Both the position numbers and the translations under genes were made by a program. From the NCBI GenBank assembly GCA_044228525.1, contig JBGAUQ010000002.1, forward strand, positions 168,367 to 232,366: a DNA stretch of 64,000 nt, written 5' to 3'. Under the pieces are notes generated by a model, which saw nothing but the letters and a program-made list of their open reading frames with translations, was not told where the DNA came from and ran no database searches. This DNA is from Candidatus Saccharimonadales bacterium. GTDB lineage: Bacteria; Patescibacteriota; Saccharimonadia; Saccharimonadales; UBA4665. Of this stretch, positions 7,701 to 16,705 are shown in pieces. Within the stretch, counting starts at the first letter, position 1, and each line of letters begins with the position of its first letter.

Positions 7701-8933
7701 TTGCTAGCATATAATAAGCTGGTGATAGATTTACACAAAGACATCAAAATCGGTGAATTACCAAGCATCCTACGACTATTCCTAAAAGATGAAGCCATTG
7801 GCGGCAGACTTATCCTATTGGCTGCCGCTGCAGCCCTTATAGCTACTAATACCATTTGGCAAATCGGCTACGAGAATTTCTGGCACACTCATTTGAGCAT
7901 TGGACTTGGACAATGGTCGCTTACTCAAGATCTGCAACATTGGGTCAACGAAGGCTTAATGACCGTATTCTTCTTAGTAGTGGGGCTAGAGATTAAACGT
8001 GAGATCATCGGCGGGGAGTTAAAAACCCTACAAACTGCTGTTTTACCAGTTGCAGCTGCTATAGGTGGCATGTTAGTCCCAGCAATGCTTTATATGCTCA
8101 TCAATACAAACCAAGCTGGCTTTAACGGCTGGGGAATACCTATGGCTACAGACATTGCTATTGCGCTTGGCTTATTGTTGCTTCTGGGTAAACGAGTGCC
8201 ATCAAAACTCAAGATCTTCCTGTTAACACTGGCTATTGTTGACGATATCGGCGCAATCATTGTTGTCACAGTCTTTTATAATCAACAGGTTAACCTACTA
8301 GCTTTACTAGTGGCGGTTCTGCTGGTCGTAGTTATGGTTATTCTAAGCCGAAGTAAGTTCATGACGATATCAATTTTCGCACTGTTAGGAATCTGCCTAT
8401 GGCTGGCTTTTAACGCTTCGGGCATCAACGCCAGTATCGCTGGCGTAGTACTTGGCCTATTAGCACCACTTACTGCCACTAAAGCGCATAAGCATCCCAT
8501 TGCCGTACGTTTGGAGAGATCGCTATTGCCAGCTGCGACATTCATCATTGTACCGTTGTTTGTCTTTGCCAACGCCGGGCTAACCTTCAAAACAACGGCT
8601 TTCGATGACTCAGGTGCCGTACTGGCAGCTTTCGGCATAATTGTAGGTTTAGTCATTGGTAAGGTAGTTGGTATTACGGGCGCAACCTGGCTAGTCGTAA
8701 AGTTTAGGCTAGGACGCTTACCAACGGGCACTACGTGGTCTCAGTTCATCGGAATTGGCTTCCTAGCCGGAGTTGGCTTTACAATCTCTATCTTTATAAC
8801 TGAGTTAGCCTTTAGCTCAGACAGAAGTCTTATTGACGCCGCCAAGATAGGTATCTTCGTTGGTTCTGTGCTTAGTGCTGGGCTTGGGCTGTATAGTCTC
8901 AGAAAAACAGCTACTCCAGAAACAACAAAATAG
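7701..8933 (+). CDS. nhaA: Na+/H+ antiporter NhaA
   Basis: 'WVNEGLMTVFFLVVGLEIKRE' and 'GIPMATDIAIALG' are signature NhaA segments, with about 11-12 hydrophobic spans. The start is uncertain: TTG at 7701 or GTG at 7722, with no ATG. Confidence 0.9.
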   Translation: MLAYNKLVIDLHKDIKIGELPSILRLFLKDEAIGGRLILLAAAAALIATNTIWQIGYENFWHTHLSIGLGQWSLTQDLQHWVNEGLMTVFFLVVGLEIKREIIGGELKTLQTAVLPVAAAIGGMLVPAMLYMLINTNQAGFNGWGIPMATDIAIALGLLLLLGKRVPSKLKIFLLTLAIVDDIGAIIVVTVFYNQQVNLLALLVAVLLVVVMVILSRSKFMTISIFALLGICLWLAFNASGINASIAGVVLGLLAPLTATKAHKHPIAVRLERSLLPAATFIIVPLFVFANAGLTFKTTAFDDSGAVLAAFGIIVGLVIGKVVGITGATWLVVKFRLGRLPTGTTWSQFIGIGFLAGVGFTISIFITELAFSSDRSLIDAAKIGIFVGSVLSAGLGLYSLRKTATPETTK

Positions 8934-8962
8934 CCCCTCTCTCGCAAGCGAATCAGGGGCTA
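8931..8962 (+). terminator. hairpin after nhaA
   Basis: TAGCCCCT (8931-8938) pairs with AGGGGCTA (8955-8962) across a 16-nt loop. The T-tract is weak (cttgattt). Confidence 0.4.
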
Positions 8963-9225
8963 CTTGATTTCATATTACCATATGTGATTTCAGGGTGCGG
9001 GTTTTGTTCAGCATGACCATCACTCAATTCGATTAATAGCGTACGCAGGGCATGTAATCTGTCGGTTAGCAAGTATTGCTTGCAAAATTGCCTACCCCTG
9101 TTAGCTCACAAGAAATTGGACACGGCTGTATGTGGCTTGCTGTGTCCCATTTGTCTCATTTTACCCCTGAAAGTGCTAAAATATGAGACACTGGTCTAGT
9201 TCCAGACCCGTGTGTTCCGCCAAAT

Positions 9226-9260
9226 AATAACACTGGTTCGCCGGTGTTATTTTAGTTTTT
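9226..9260 (+). terminator. rho-independent terminator (best on + strand)
   Basis: AATAACACTGG-ttcg-CCGGTGTTATT forms an 11-bp stem with one G-U pair, followed by TTTAGTTTTT. It overlaps the stop codon of the convergent 164-aa gene. Confidence 0.55.
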
Positions 9261-9746
9261 GGCTTGGCGGGCGGCTTGACGTTTTTGGTAGGTGCCGTGT
9301 TCTTTGACGATGGCTTTTCCAACTTGGAAACCCAGTCTTGCCGCCGTGGCGCCTGGGCTAGCAGCTGCGTGCTCAGCCGCCTTTGGTTTAATGCGAGGCT
9401 TACCGTTCTCAGGATTGAATTCGACCATACGAGAAGATTTAATCGCAGTATAGCCGACCCTCGCCGCCGTGACCGACATATCGATTAATTTGCCCCTAAA
9501 CTCGGCGTCAGACAGTTTAGCTTTTGTTGACTCAGCTGCTCGCTTGGCGGCATCGACGCCACGGTCAATAAGGCTTGGTACGGTCGGTGCGACGGGCTCT
9601 TCAGTCTGGGCCTTTGGGGCTTCGCCTGAACCAAAAGGTGAATCGGGGCGGGGGATCAGCGGCGTCACAGTGGCGTCGCCGGCTTCGGGAGCTGGTGGTG
9701 TCGCTTGGGCAGGCGCTTCGATTGGTGATGCAGATAACGGTTTCAT
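9252..9746 (-). CDS. hypothetical protein (Pro/Ala-rich N-terminus)
   Basis: This is the longest ORF in a GC-rich patch, and several shadow ORFs overlap it. I recognised no motif. Confidence 0.4.
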   Translation of the reverse strand: MKPLSASPIEAPAQATPPAPEAGDATVTPLIPRPDSPFGSGEAPKAQTEEPVAPTVPSLIDRGVDAAKRAAESTKAKLSDAEFRGKLIDMSVTAARVGYTAIKSSRMVEFNPENGKPRIKPKAAEHAAASPGATAARLGFQVGKAIVKEHGTYQKRQAARQAKN

Positions 9747-9800
9747 ATTTGTTTTTACTTAACAGTACTAATGTATCATACTTATGCTTATTAGTCAATA

Positions 9801-10487
9801 TTATTTTGTTGGAATACTCCTTAATTTAGCTTGGGCAAAGACGATAGCATCAACCGTGGCAGCACCGGCTTGCATTAAAAGCTTAGCCGCAATTTCAAGA
9901 GTCGCACCCGTCGTCACGACATCGTCAACCAAGACAATGTGGCTGTTTTTAATTAGTGCGTCATTCTTTAGACTAAAGGCGTCTTGAAGCTGATATATTC
10001 TTTGCTCTCGTCCCGCTCCAACCTGATGAGCTTGACCCTGTCGGGAGAGACAATTCGCATATCGATGGTTGGACAGTTTTGAAAGTTCTCTTGCTAGCAA
10101 CTTTGCCTGATCATAGCCTCGCTGACGGACACGACTACTGGCCGTAGGGACTGGCACAAATACCGTGTTACTACGGGAGGGAAGCAGGCGAAGCATGCAG
10201 CCGGCCATTATCTGAGCGGCTTCTTGGGCGCCAGAGGACTTTAGTTTCCATATTAGATCCTTGGCAACTCCTTGGTAGACAGTAGCCGAGCTTACTAGAG
10301 ACAGTTCAGCGCATGATAGTTCTTTTGGCGTGGCAATAGGCAAGGAAGCTTGACAGGAATTACAGAGTAAACTGCCCTCGGACTGGCATATCAAGCAGTC
10401 GTGTGGGGCCAAAATGGCAAATATTCTATCGAGAAGGCTCACGTTGTGTTTAATGTGTTGTAAATATGTACTCCACCCGTTGCGCAC
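9801..10487 (-). CDS. comFC: ComF-family protein (ComFC-type phosphoribosyltransferase fold)
   Basis: N-terminal Cys4 'CLICQ...CNSCQ' and the PRTase motif 'IVLVDDVVTTGATL'. Confidence 0.8.
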   Translation of the reverse strand: MRNGWSTYLQHIKHNVSLLDRIFAILAPHDCLICQSEGSLLCNSCQASLPIATPKELSCAELSLVSSATVYQGVAKDLIWKLKSSGAQEAAQIMAGCMLRLLPSRSNTVFVPVPTASSRVRQRGYDQAKLLARELSKLSNHRYANCLSRQGQAHQVGAGREQRIYQLQDAFSLKNDALIKNSHIVLVDDVVTTGATLEIAAKLLMQAGAATVDAIVFAQAKLRSIPTK

Positions 10488-10605
10488 CCTTTACAACCTA
10501 AGCTATACTGCTGGTAATACAAAAACGCAAGGTTTTTAATCTTTCTTTAATCCTTGGCAAACAGCTACAGGATAACAGACACTAATTAACCGGAGGGTAA
10601 CAACT

Positions 10606-11085
10606 ATGGCGCGACGTAATCGCGATGACGATCTTTTGCTCGAGGAAGACGAACTAACTGCGGCTTTCTTAGGCGACGAAGTTGCTCTTCCAGCCGAAGA
10701 CAGCCAACCACAAGCAGCCGCACCAGCTGCCGATGATGAATGGGACGAAGACGACAATGTACCGGGCCAATTGGCTGTTGATGTTTATGAAACTCGTGAG
10801 AAATTGATAGTTAAGGCTCGTACAGCCGGCGTCAACAAGAATGATCTAGATGTCAGCATTTCTGATAACCAACTAACTGTTCGGGGCACCCTAAGCTCAG
10901 GCACAGAAGAGGGCGTTGAGAATTACTTCTTACAGGAATGTTATTGGGGTGAATTCAGCCGCACAATCGCACTACCTGTTCCAGTCAAAGAAGAAGAGAT
11001 CGAAGCTGTCCTTAAAGATGGCGTGCTGACCATCAGCTTTGGCAAGGTTCAACAAGACACTGTCAAAAAGATCCAGGTCCTTTAG
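10606..11085 (+). CDS. hsp20: Hsp20/alpha-crystallin small heat-shock protein with an acidic N-terminal extension
   Basis: Alpha-crystallin domain 'LAVDVYETREKLIVKARTAGVNKNDLDVSISDNQLTVRG...LPVPVKEEEIEAVLKDGVLTISF'. A GGAGGG SD lies upstream. Confidence 0.9.
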   Translation: MARRNRDDDLLLEEDELTAAFLGDEVALPAEDSQPQAAAPAADDEWDEDDNVPGQLAVDVYETREKLIVKARTAGVNKNDLDVSISDNQLTVRGTLSSGTEEGVENYFLQECYWGEFSRTIALPVPVKEEEIEAVLKDGVLTISFGKVQQDTVKKIQVL

Positions 11086-11102
11086 TCTAATCATAGGCAA
11101 CC

Positions 11103-11134
11103 AAAAAGAACCCCTGCAAAGGGGTTCTTTTTTT
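11103..11134. terminator. bidirectional rho-independent terminator between hsp20 and the pilin operon
   Basis: AAAAAGAACCCCT-gcaa-AGGGGTTCTTTTTTT. An A-tract and a T-tract flank an 8-bp GC-rich stem. Confidence 0.7.
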
Positions 11135-11152
11135 GTCTAGCTGAGTATCTAT

Positions 11153-11578
11153 CTATGAAACTGCGTTTGTTGACGCGGTAAGCACATAGTGGACAATGAA
11201 CTGCGACAGAGCCACGATTATCAGACCGATGATGGCGTAAATAAGCGTGTTTTTAGCATTTCCAACCCGGCCACTGTCACCACCAGAAGTGATGTAGCGG
11301 AAGCCGCCGTAAATGATCATGATGATCGCGACTATACCAACAAGCAGTGAAATAAGGTTCACGATTTTTGCCGCTAGGGCCTTTAGATCATCATTGTTAT
11401 CGCCACCGGCACTACAACTAGCATCACCACCACCGGCTGCTGCGTTTGTCCCGGTACAAAGACCTTTGGTTATATTGTTGTCTTCAGCCGCGTAGACTGA
11501 AACTGGCGCGAGCGCTGGTGCAGAAACACCCAGCAACAGTGCCATGCTGACTAGGGCAAGTTTTATTTTTTGGATCAT
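11153..11578 (-). CDS. T4SS pilin-like protein (VirB2/TrbC-type two-helix hairpin), paralog 1 of 6
   Basis: Signal peptide ending VYA|AED and one Cys pair (C-x13-C). Then helix, 'GGFRYITSGGDSGRVGNAKN', helix. Confidence 0.7.
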   Translation of the reverse strand: MIQKIKLALVSMALLLGVSAPALAPVSVYAAEDNNITKGLCTGTNAAAGGGDASCSAGGDNNDDLKALAAKIVNLISLLVGIVAIIMIIYGGFRYITSGGDSGRVGNAKNTLIYAIIGLIIVALSQFIVHYVLTASTNAVS

Positions 11579-11646
11579 TGTTTAATGGACCTTTCTTTAC
11601 GTTTACTTAACTTATACTACATGCTTGTGCTTAGATCAAGCACGGG

Positions 11647-12084
11647 TTAAGGACTAGCTTTCTTAGTTGTCTTTGGCGGATCTGTCGCATTGGTTGCCTC
11701 GGTAAATACAAAGTGCACCATAAACTGCGCCAGCACAACTACCGCGACGCCAATTAGGGCGTATATCAACGCGTTCCTAGCGCTGGCCACCTTGCCGCTG
11801 TCACCCCCAGAGGTCATAAACCTAAATCCGCTGACAATAATCATGATTACCGCTACGATGCCGGCGATATAGCTGATGATTTTTATTATGCCTTGAATGG
11901 TACTTGTTACGGCCGTATCGTCACAATTATTCCCAGTTTGGCCAATGCCTTCATTGACTTTGGCTTTAGCGGAATTCTCGGCGCCACAGTTGTCTGTTGC
12001 AGCATAGCCAGTGCCGGCAAATGCAAAAGCGGGCGTTAGTCCTAGTACGATTAATGCCATGATTGTGATTATTTTTTGTTTCAT
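11647..12084 (-). CDS. T4SS pilin-like protein, paralog 2 of 6
   Basis: Signal peptide (AFAFA|GT) and one Cys pair (C-x20-C). Then helix, 'SGFRFMTSGGDSGKVASARN', helix. Confidence 0.7.
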   Translation of the reverse strand: MKQKIITIMALIVLGLTPAFAFAGTGYAATDNCGAENSAKAKVNEGIGQTGNNCDDTAVTSTIQGIIKIISYIAGIVAVIMIIVSGFRFMTSGGDSGKVASARNALIYALIGVAVVVLAQFMVHFVFTEATNATDPPKTTKKASP

Positions 12085-12093
12085 ATGTGCTCC

Positions 12094-12489
12094 TTATATT
12101 CTTGCGGTCACGAAAAGTATTATAGCGCGGGAAAGTATAATTATAACGATGCCGATAAGGGCATTGATGGTGGTATTTCTGGCGCTCTTGATTTTTTCTG
12201 AGTCACCACCGGCTGTCATAAACTTAATGCCACTGATTATTATGATAATCACAGCCGCGACACCCGCCATGATGGCTATGATATTTGCGACCTGTACTAA
12301 AATACCGTTGTTGCCAGATATGGGATCGATTGTAGTCCTACCTTGGCAGGCTGCTGATTTCGCCAGATCACCAGTACATACATCATTTGGATTTACTAAA
12401 GAGTTTGTCTCTGCGGCCAAAGCAGATATTCCGCTAAACATAACCACTGCAACCAACATTACCGACAATAGCATCGCGACGCGTTTCAT
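12094..12489 (-). CDS. T4SS pilin-like protein, paralog 3 of 6
   Basis: Signal peptide (ISALA|AE) and one Cys pair (C-x9-C). Then helix, 'SGIKFMTAGGDSEKIKSARN', helix. Confidence 0.7.
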   Translation of the reverse strand: MKRVAMLLSVMLVAVVMFSGISALAAETNSLVNPNDVCTGDLAKSAACQGRTTIDPISGNNGILVQVANIIAIMAGVAAVIIIIISGIKFMTAGGDSEKIKSARNTTINALIGIVIIILSRAIILFVTARI

Positions 12490-12779
12490 TTGATGTTGAT
12501 CCTGTTTACGACGAAAGCAACCAAAGCTTGTGCCGAGATCGCGACAACTAGTCCAATCAAAGCGTATATGATACCGCTGCGGGCAGTTGAGGCTTTTTGG
12601 GGGTCACCCGAAGAGGTTATATATTCAAAACCTGACTTTACGATCATCACTAGAGCTATGGCGCCGATTATGCCAAATACAATCCCCAAAATAATCTGAA
12701 TCGTGCTCGGGCCTGCAGAGACTTTAGGCAATGAATGTGGTGCAATTTCTGAAACCGCAATTATTAGTGTGTTTATCAT
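12486..12779 (-). CDS. T4SS pilin-like protein, paralog 4 of 6 (minimal, Cys-free)
   Basis: 97 aa with helix, 'SGFEYITSSGDPQKASTARS', helix. A 4-nt overlap links it to paralog 3. Confidence 0.65.
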   Translation of the reverse strand: MINTLIIAVSEIAPHSLPKVSAGPSTIQIILGIVFGIIGAIALVMIVKSGFEYITSSGDPQKASTARSGIIYALIGLVVAISAQALVAFVVNRINIK

Positions 12780-12792
12780 GCTTATTTCCCCG

Positions 12793-13323
12793 TTAGTTTA
12801 GCCTACTGCCAATAAATGTTACAAAAGCGACAGAAACAAGCGCTACCGCCAAACCTCCGAAGGCATTGATCAGAGTGGAGCGGGCTTTGGCTGTCTGCTC
12901 AGGGTTGCCACTGCTGGTCGTGTACTGAAAAGCGCCGACAAAGACAAAGGCAATAGCCACCATGCCGGCAATTCTGAGCAAATTATCTATAATCGCGAGC
13001 ATCAGAGCAGGCAAATCGCTGCTGGTCTTGCCGCACTCATTCGCCACAGACTGGTTAAATATGTTGAAGCACTTGAAATCACAGGGGGACGCTTCATTGG
13101 CATTGGTCCGGCTACCCGTGAATGATTTGTCCATGTAGTAATACCACGGCACCAGCCCAAAAAATGTTCGTTTGCAGTCGGCGGCGCTGGCTACTTCAGA
13201 GTTTCTGCCACCGTCCTTTGGTTGTACGGCTGATGCTTTTTGTGTCGTGACACCGACAATCCCGGCTACTAATATGGCCATGCATAACGCGGAAAATAAT
13301 ATCGGGAATACTCTTTTAATCAT
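12793..13323 (-). CDS. T4SS pilin-like protein, paralog 5 of 6 (extended ectodomain)
   Basis: Signal anchor, an ~80-aa ectodomain with four Cys, then helix, 'GAFQYTTSSGNPEQTAKARS', helix. Confidence 0.65.
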   Translation of the reverse strand: MIKRVFPILFSALCMAILVAGIVGVTTQKASAVQPKDGGRNSEVASAADCKRTFFGLVPWYYYMDKSFTGSRTNANEASPCDFKCFNIFNQSVANECGKTSSDLPALMLAIIDNLLRIAGMVAIAFVFVGAFQYTTSSGNPEQTAKARSTLINAFGGLAVALVSVAFVTFIGSRLN

Positions 13324-14162
13324 GTCTTAAACAATCCTCCGGGGATTAGGAACTGCAAGAACGAGAATAGCAGCAGATAGGCAATAATTGCCAGCAGGGT
13401 ATTGCTGATACGCTTTTTTGCCTCAGACACTTTTTGCGGGTCACCGGCAGACGCCGAGTATTGAATACCGCCCATAATTAACGACGCGATCGCGATTAGT
13501 CCAAAGATGGCAGTCACGGCTTCAATCGCTGGATTTACATACTTTTTAATCAAGTCGCAGCTGTTTTTTGTGCATTTTTGGTTGGCGTCGCTAGGGCAGC
13601 CTTGCGGCAATGGCTGATTGGCGTTGGCGGCTGCCGTGCAGGCGGCCGGGTCAACCGTGGACTCAATTTTAGCGTTACAGATTTCATCACCGCTCTCACA
13701 GGTTCCTTCGGGGTCCTCATCGACTCCAAACCCTGTGGCAGCCTTTGTGCGACTACCGCCTTCGGCATCAAGCACCGCGTCGAGATTCTTTTTGAAGGCC
13801 GTGACGCTGGCGGGAGTTTTGTCCTTTGCCAAAGCTTTTGTAAAATATGCTTTAGCCTTATCTGTGACACAGCTTTCTTTTACTTCAGCGTCCTTACAAT
13901 GATGCGTCGCGACCGTACGGGCGTAGCCCACATATTTGCCGTCACATACCGAATCAACATTTGTGGGCAGAATTATTCTACAGTCTTGCACTGTTTGGCT
14001 TGGACCCCGAGTACCAGGATCGGTAGGAATAGGTTCAGCGCCCGTTTTGGGAGTAATCACGACAGTAAACAACGCTAAAAATATAATAAGCAACCCAACT
14101 AGCGCTGCTACACGGTGTTTGCTGACGATACTCAGCCGGTTTTTTGAAGTTGTACTTGTCAT
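13320..14162 (-). CDS. T4SS pilin-like protein, paralog 6 of 6 (large Cys-rich ectodomain)
   Basis: N-terminal TM anchor, an ~170-aa ectodomain with ten Cys, then helix, 'GGIQYSASAGDPQKVSEAKK', helix. A 4-nt overlap links it to paralog 5. Confidence 0.6.
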   Translation of the reverse strand: MTSTTSKNRLSIVSKHRVAALVGLLIIFLALFTVVITPKTGAEPIPTDPGTRGPSQTVQDCRIILPTNVDSVCDGKYVGYARTVATHHCKDAEVKESCVTDKAKAYFTKALAKDKTPASVTAFKKNLDAVLDAEGGSRTKAATGFGVDEDPEGTCESGDEICNAKIESTVDPAACTAAANANQPLPQGCPSDANQKCTKNSCDLIKKYVNPAIEAVTAIFGLIAIASLIMGGIQYSASAGDPQKVSEAKKRISNTLLAIIAYLLLFSFLQFLIPGGLFKT

Positions 14163-14291
14163 TATTGTTTTGTTTTAGACGCTTATGCTCCATATTATGC
14201 GTCTGGAGGCGGTCTTTTGCAAGTCGATCGCTGATAAGAGATGCCGCCACTATACCGCTTGTGCTATAGTATTGGTAAAAATGAACAGCGT

Positions 14292-16691
14292 ATGAAAAGA
14301 AAATTATTGTATCTTGTACCCCTTATCGCCTTCGCCTTTATAACTATTGGCACGACTTTTGTGACACCAGCGACAGTTTATGCCGTTGAACCTAATGCGT
14401 CTGAATCAGATCCTGGCGCAAATGTTTCGCCACAGATCGAGTGTCCAAAATTTTCTTTTGATCTAGCCTGGGCATTTTGCCCCGTCATGAAGGCGATGGC
14501 TTTTTCTGTCGCTTCGATGGACAATTTCATAAACAAAGAGATGACTGTGGGCAGCAGCAATGACAGCAGCAATCCCAATCAGATATTTTGCGATAGTCAG
14601 TCCAGCGGCCAGGCCCTAAAGAGCTGTACCGCCTACCATAACGCCTGGACCAGCGTGCGTAACATCGCTCTTGGTCTAATGGGAATTTCGATCATTATCG
14701 TCTTGATTGCTCAGGCATTGGGCTTTGAGTTTCTCGACGCCTATACCATTCGCAAGGTGTTGCCACGACTCTTGATTTCAGCAGTCGGCATAACTTTGTC
14801 ATGGCAATTGATGCAGTTCTTCGTAACTCTATCGAACGATCTGGCCTATGGCATCAGGGTAATTATTTACCAGCCGTTCGTTGATTTTGGTGATGTAACC
14901 CTCGGCAATGGAATTTTTGGTAGTGGCACGGTCGCCAGCTTGTTGGCTATCGGAGCTCTGACGGCCTTGGGCTGGATTGGTCTGCTTAGCTATCTCTTAA
15001 CAGCCTTGTTGGCAGTATTTATTGCTTTGCTAGTACTAATCCTGCGACAGATGCTAATAATTGTCTTAATTATAATGGCGCCTATCGCCATAGCTTGTTA
15101 CGTGCTGCCTAACACCCAGAAAGTTTACAAACTCTGGTGGGAATCATTCAGCAAAGCACTCTTGATGTTCGTCATGATCGCCGCTTTGATCGCCGTTGGT
15201 CGCGTCTTCTCGGTAGTAGCCCTGACTAGCACCACCGGTACTATCGGACAATTGGTCGGTTTTGCGGCGTATTTCTTACCGTATTTCTTGATCCCAGCCA
15301 CCTTCAAATTCGCCGGTTCGGCCATGAGCCAGATTGGTGGCTTCGTCAACGACCGTGGCAAAGGCGGCTTCGACCGTCTACGCGGCTACCGCGGTAATGT
15401 CGCCAAAAAGAATATGAGCGACCTGGCTACAGGGAATCGTCTGCACAACGAGAGCACTCGCTTCTTAGGTTATGGTCGGTTTGCAAGGGGCTTTAACCGA
15501 GCCACCCGCAACACTGCCAACCTGCAAAATGCCGGATACAATCCTCGGCGCATGCGTGAACGTATGCGAGCCGCTTCAGGCACGGCGATTGTGAACCAAG
15601 CCAACGAAGCCGCCGAAAAGAACGAGGCCTTTAAGACCTTGCTCGGCAATGACGACGTCATGGAGGCCGCACTTTATGAATCTATCCACGGCGGCGGTGA
15701 AGCAACCATCCGTTCTATATTGCGAGAGCGCGGCTTCAAAGAAGACATGGTCTCAAATGCTGTCGGCGCCTTTCACAATGCCAAGAATTCTATGGGCACG
15801 GAAGCCTTCAAGACGGCACTTGCGGTTCACAGCTTCGGTACCAGTAGCGGTTGGACGCCTCGTTACAAAAAGAACGCCGCGACCGGGAATTACATTGATG
15901 CGAACGGTAATGATATCGCTGGTGGCGAACAGGGAGATGTCAGCTTGCGCGTGCTAGCGCGCGGTGGCGGCGGTGCGGGTGAGGCCCGCGCGGCAATAGA
16001 TTCCGTTGCTGGCAATGACCGTCTACGCATGATTTCAATGCTTGGCCAAGCCAGGCAGCAAGCCGAATCCAAGGGTCGATTCGATCTAGTTGGTGGCAGC
16101 TTCACCCAAGACGTTCTTAACATGGAAAGATTCCACACTGGGCAGCTTGGCGGTGTCACGCTAGGTCCTAACGGTGAGCCAAGCGGCATACAAACCCTGA
16201 CCAAGCTAACTCATGAGGGCGCGATCGACGGCCAAGCCCGACACCGCATCGCCTCCGGTCACCGCCGCTCGATGGACGCCCTGGCGCCAGAGTTCCGCAA
16301 GGCTATCGAAGCTTCACTATATAACTCCAAGGGACAGGACGGCTGGTCAGCTGACGAAGGGGTCGCCCAGCTAGCCTTTATAGCCAACTCGCTTGACGCC
16401 GCCTCAAACGGCGCGCCAGAGAACGCTCGCGTCATCAAACAGCAAGTCCTTGATCAAACGATAGACGTCAAAAATATGCCTTCCGAAATGGTCCAGGCCA
16501 TCGCCAATACGCCTCAAAAGGCCGAATGGCTGGCCTCGCAAGACAGTGTCACTATCGGCTCACTGATGGAGCAGATGCGTACCGACCCAAGCTTCTCCAG
16601 GTATCGCCGCGAATACAACCGTCCAGAGGATAGCCGACTGGCTGGCACGGCGGCTGAGCTCGAAGCCCAGCAGCAACAAGGCAAGCCTTAA
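14292..16691 (+). CDS. VirB6/TrbL-like polytopic T4SS channel protein with a long hydrophilic C-terminal domain
   Basis: Signal peptide MKRKLLYLVPLIAFAFITIGTTFVTPATVYA when started at 14292 (the listed ORF begins at 14241). About 6-7 hydrophobic spans occupy aa ~130-370, followed by ~430 hydrophilic residues. It is divergent from the pilin operon. The call rests on topology plus context, not on a sharp motif. Confidence 0.55.
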   Translation: MKRKLLYLVPLIAFAFITIGTTFVTPATVYAVEPNASESDPGANVSPQIECPKFSFDLAWAFCPVMKAMAFSVASMDNFINKEMTVGSSNDSSNPNQIFCDSQSSGQALKSCTAYHNAWTSVRNIALGLMGISIIIVLIAQALGFEFLDAYTIRKVLPRLLISAVGITLSWQLMQFFVTLSNDLAYGIRVIIYQPFVDFGDVTLGNGIFGSGTVASLLAIGALTALGWIGLLSYLLTALLAVFIALLVLILRQMLIIVLIIMAPIAIACYVLPNTQKVYKLWWESFSKALLMFVMIAALIAVGRVFSVVALTSTTGTIGQLVGFAAYFLPYFLIPATFKFAGSAMSQIGGFVNDRGKGGFDRLRGYRGNVAKKNMSDLATGNRLHNESTRFLGYGRFARGFNRATRNTANLQNAGYNPRRMRERMRAASGTAIVNQANEAAEKNEAFKTLLGNDDVMEAALYESIHGGGEATIRSILRERGFKEDMVSNAVGAFHNAKNSMGTEAFKTALAVHSFGTSSGWTPRYKKNAATGNYIDANGNDIAGGEQGDVSLRVLARGGGGAGEARAAIDSVAGNDRLRMISMLGQARQQAESKGRFDLVGGSFTQDVLNMERFHTGQLGGVTLGPNGEPSGIQTLTKLTHEGAIDGQARHRIASGHRRSMDALAPEFRKAIEASLYNSKGQDGWSADEGVAQLAFIANSLDAASNGAPENARVIKQQVLDQTIDVKNMPSEMVQAIANTPQKAEWLASQDSVTIGSLMEQMRTDPSFSRYRREYNRPEDSRLAGTAAELEAQQQQGKP

Positions 16692-16705
16692 AGCGGGTTT
16701 ACGGA

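Noticed and set aside
8282-8947. 149-aa and 68-aa minus-strand ORFs
   Set aside because: Both lie inside or overlap nhaA, whose identity is unambiguous. Their translations are compositional mirrors of a membrane protein.
9264-9987. Cluster of 65-97-aa ORFs on both strands around the 164-aa gene and the comFC 3' end
   Set aside because: They are mutually overlapping shadow frames in a GC-rich patch. I kept only the longest ORF (9252..9746), and that at low confidence.
10536-10757. 73-aa Ser-rich minus-strand ORF and a TGGCA-type sigma54-like string upstream of hsp20
   Set aside because: The ORF is antisense to the acidic-tail coding part of hsp20. The TGGCAA at ~10555 lacks the TTGC -12 element at the required spacing. 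No CIRCE-type inverted repeat is present either.
13550-14250. Six ORFs of 71-166 aa overlapping pilin paralog 6
   Set aside because: All are alternative frames or strands of the same GC-rich segment. Only 13320..14162 carries the conserved pilin hairpin module and a TM anchor.
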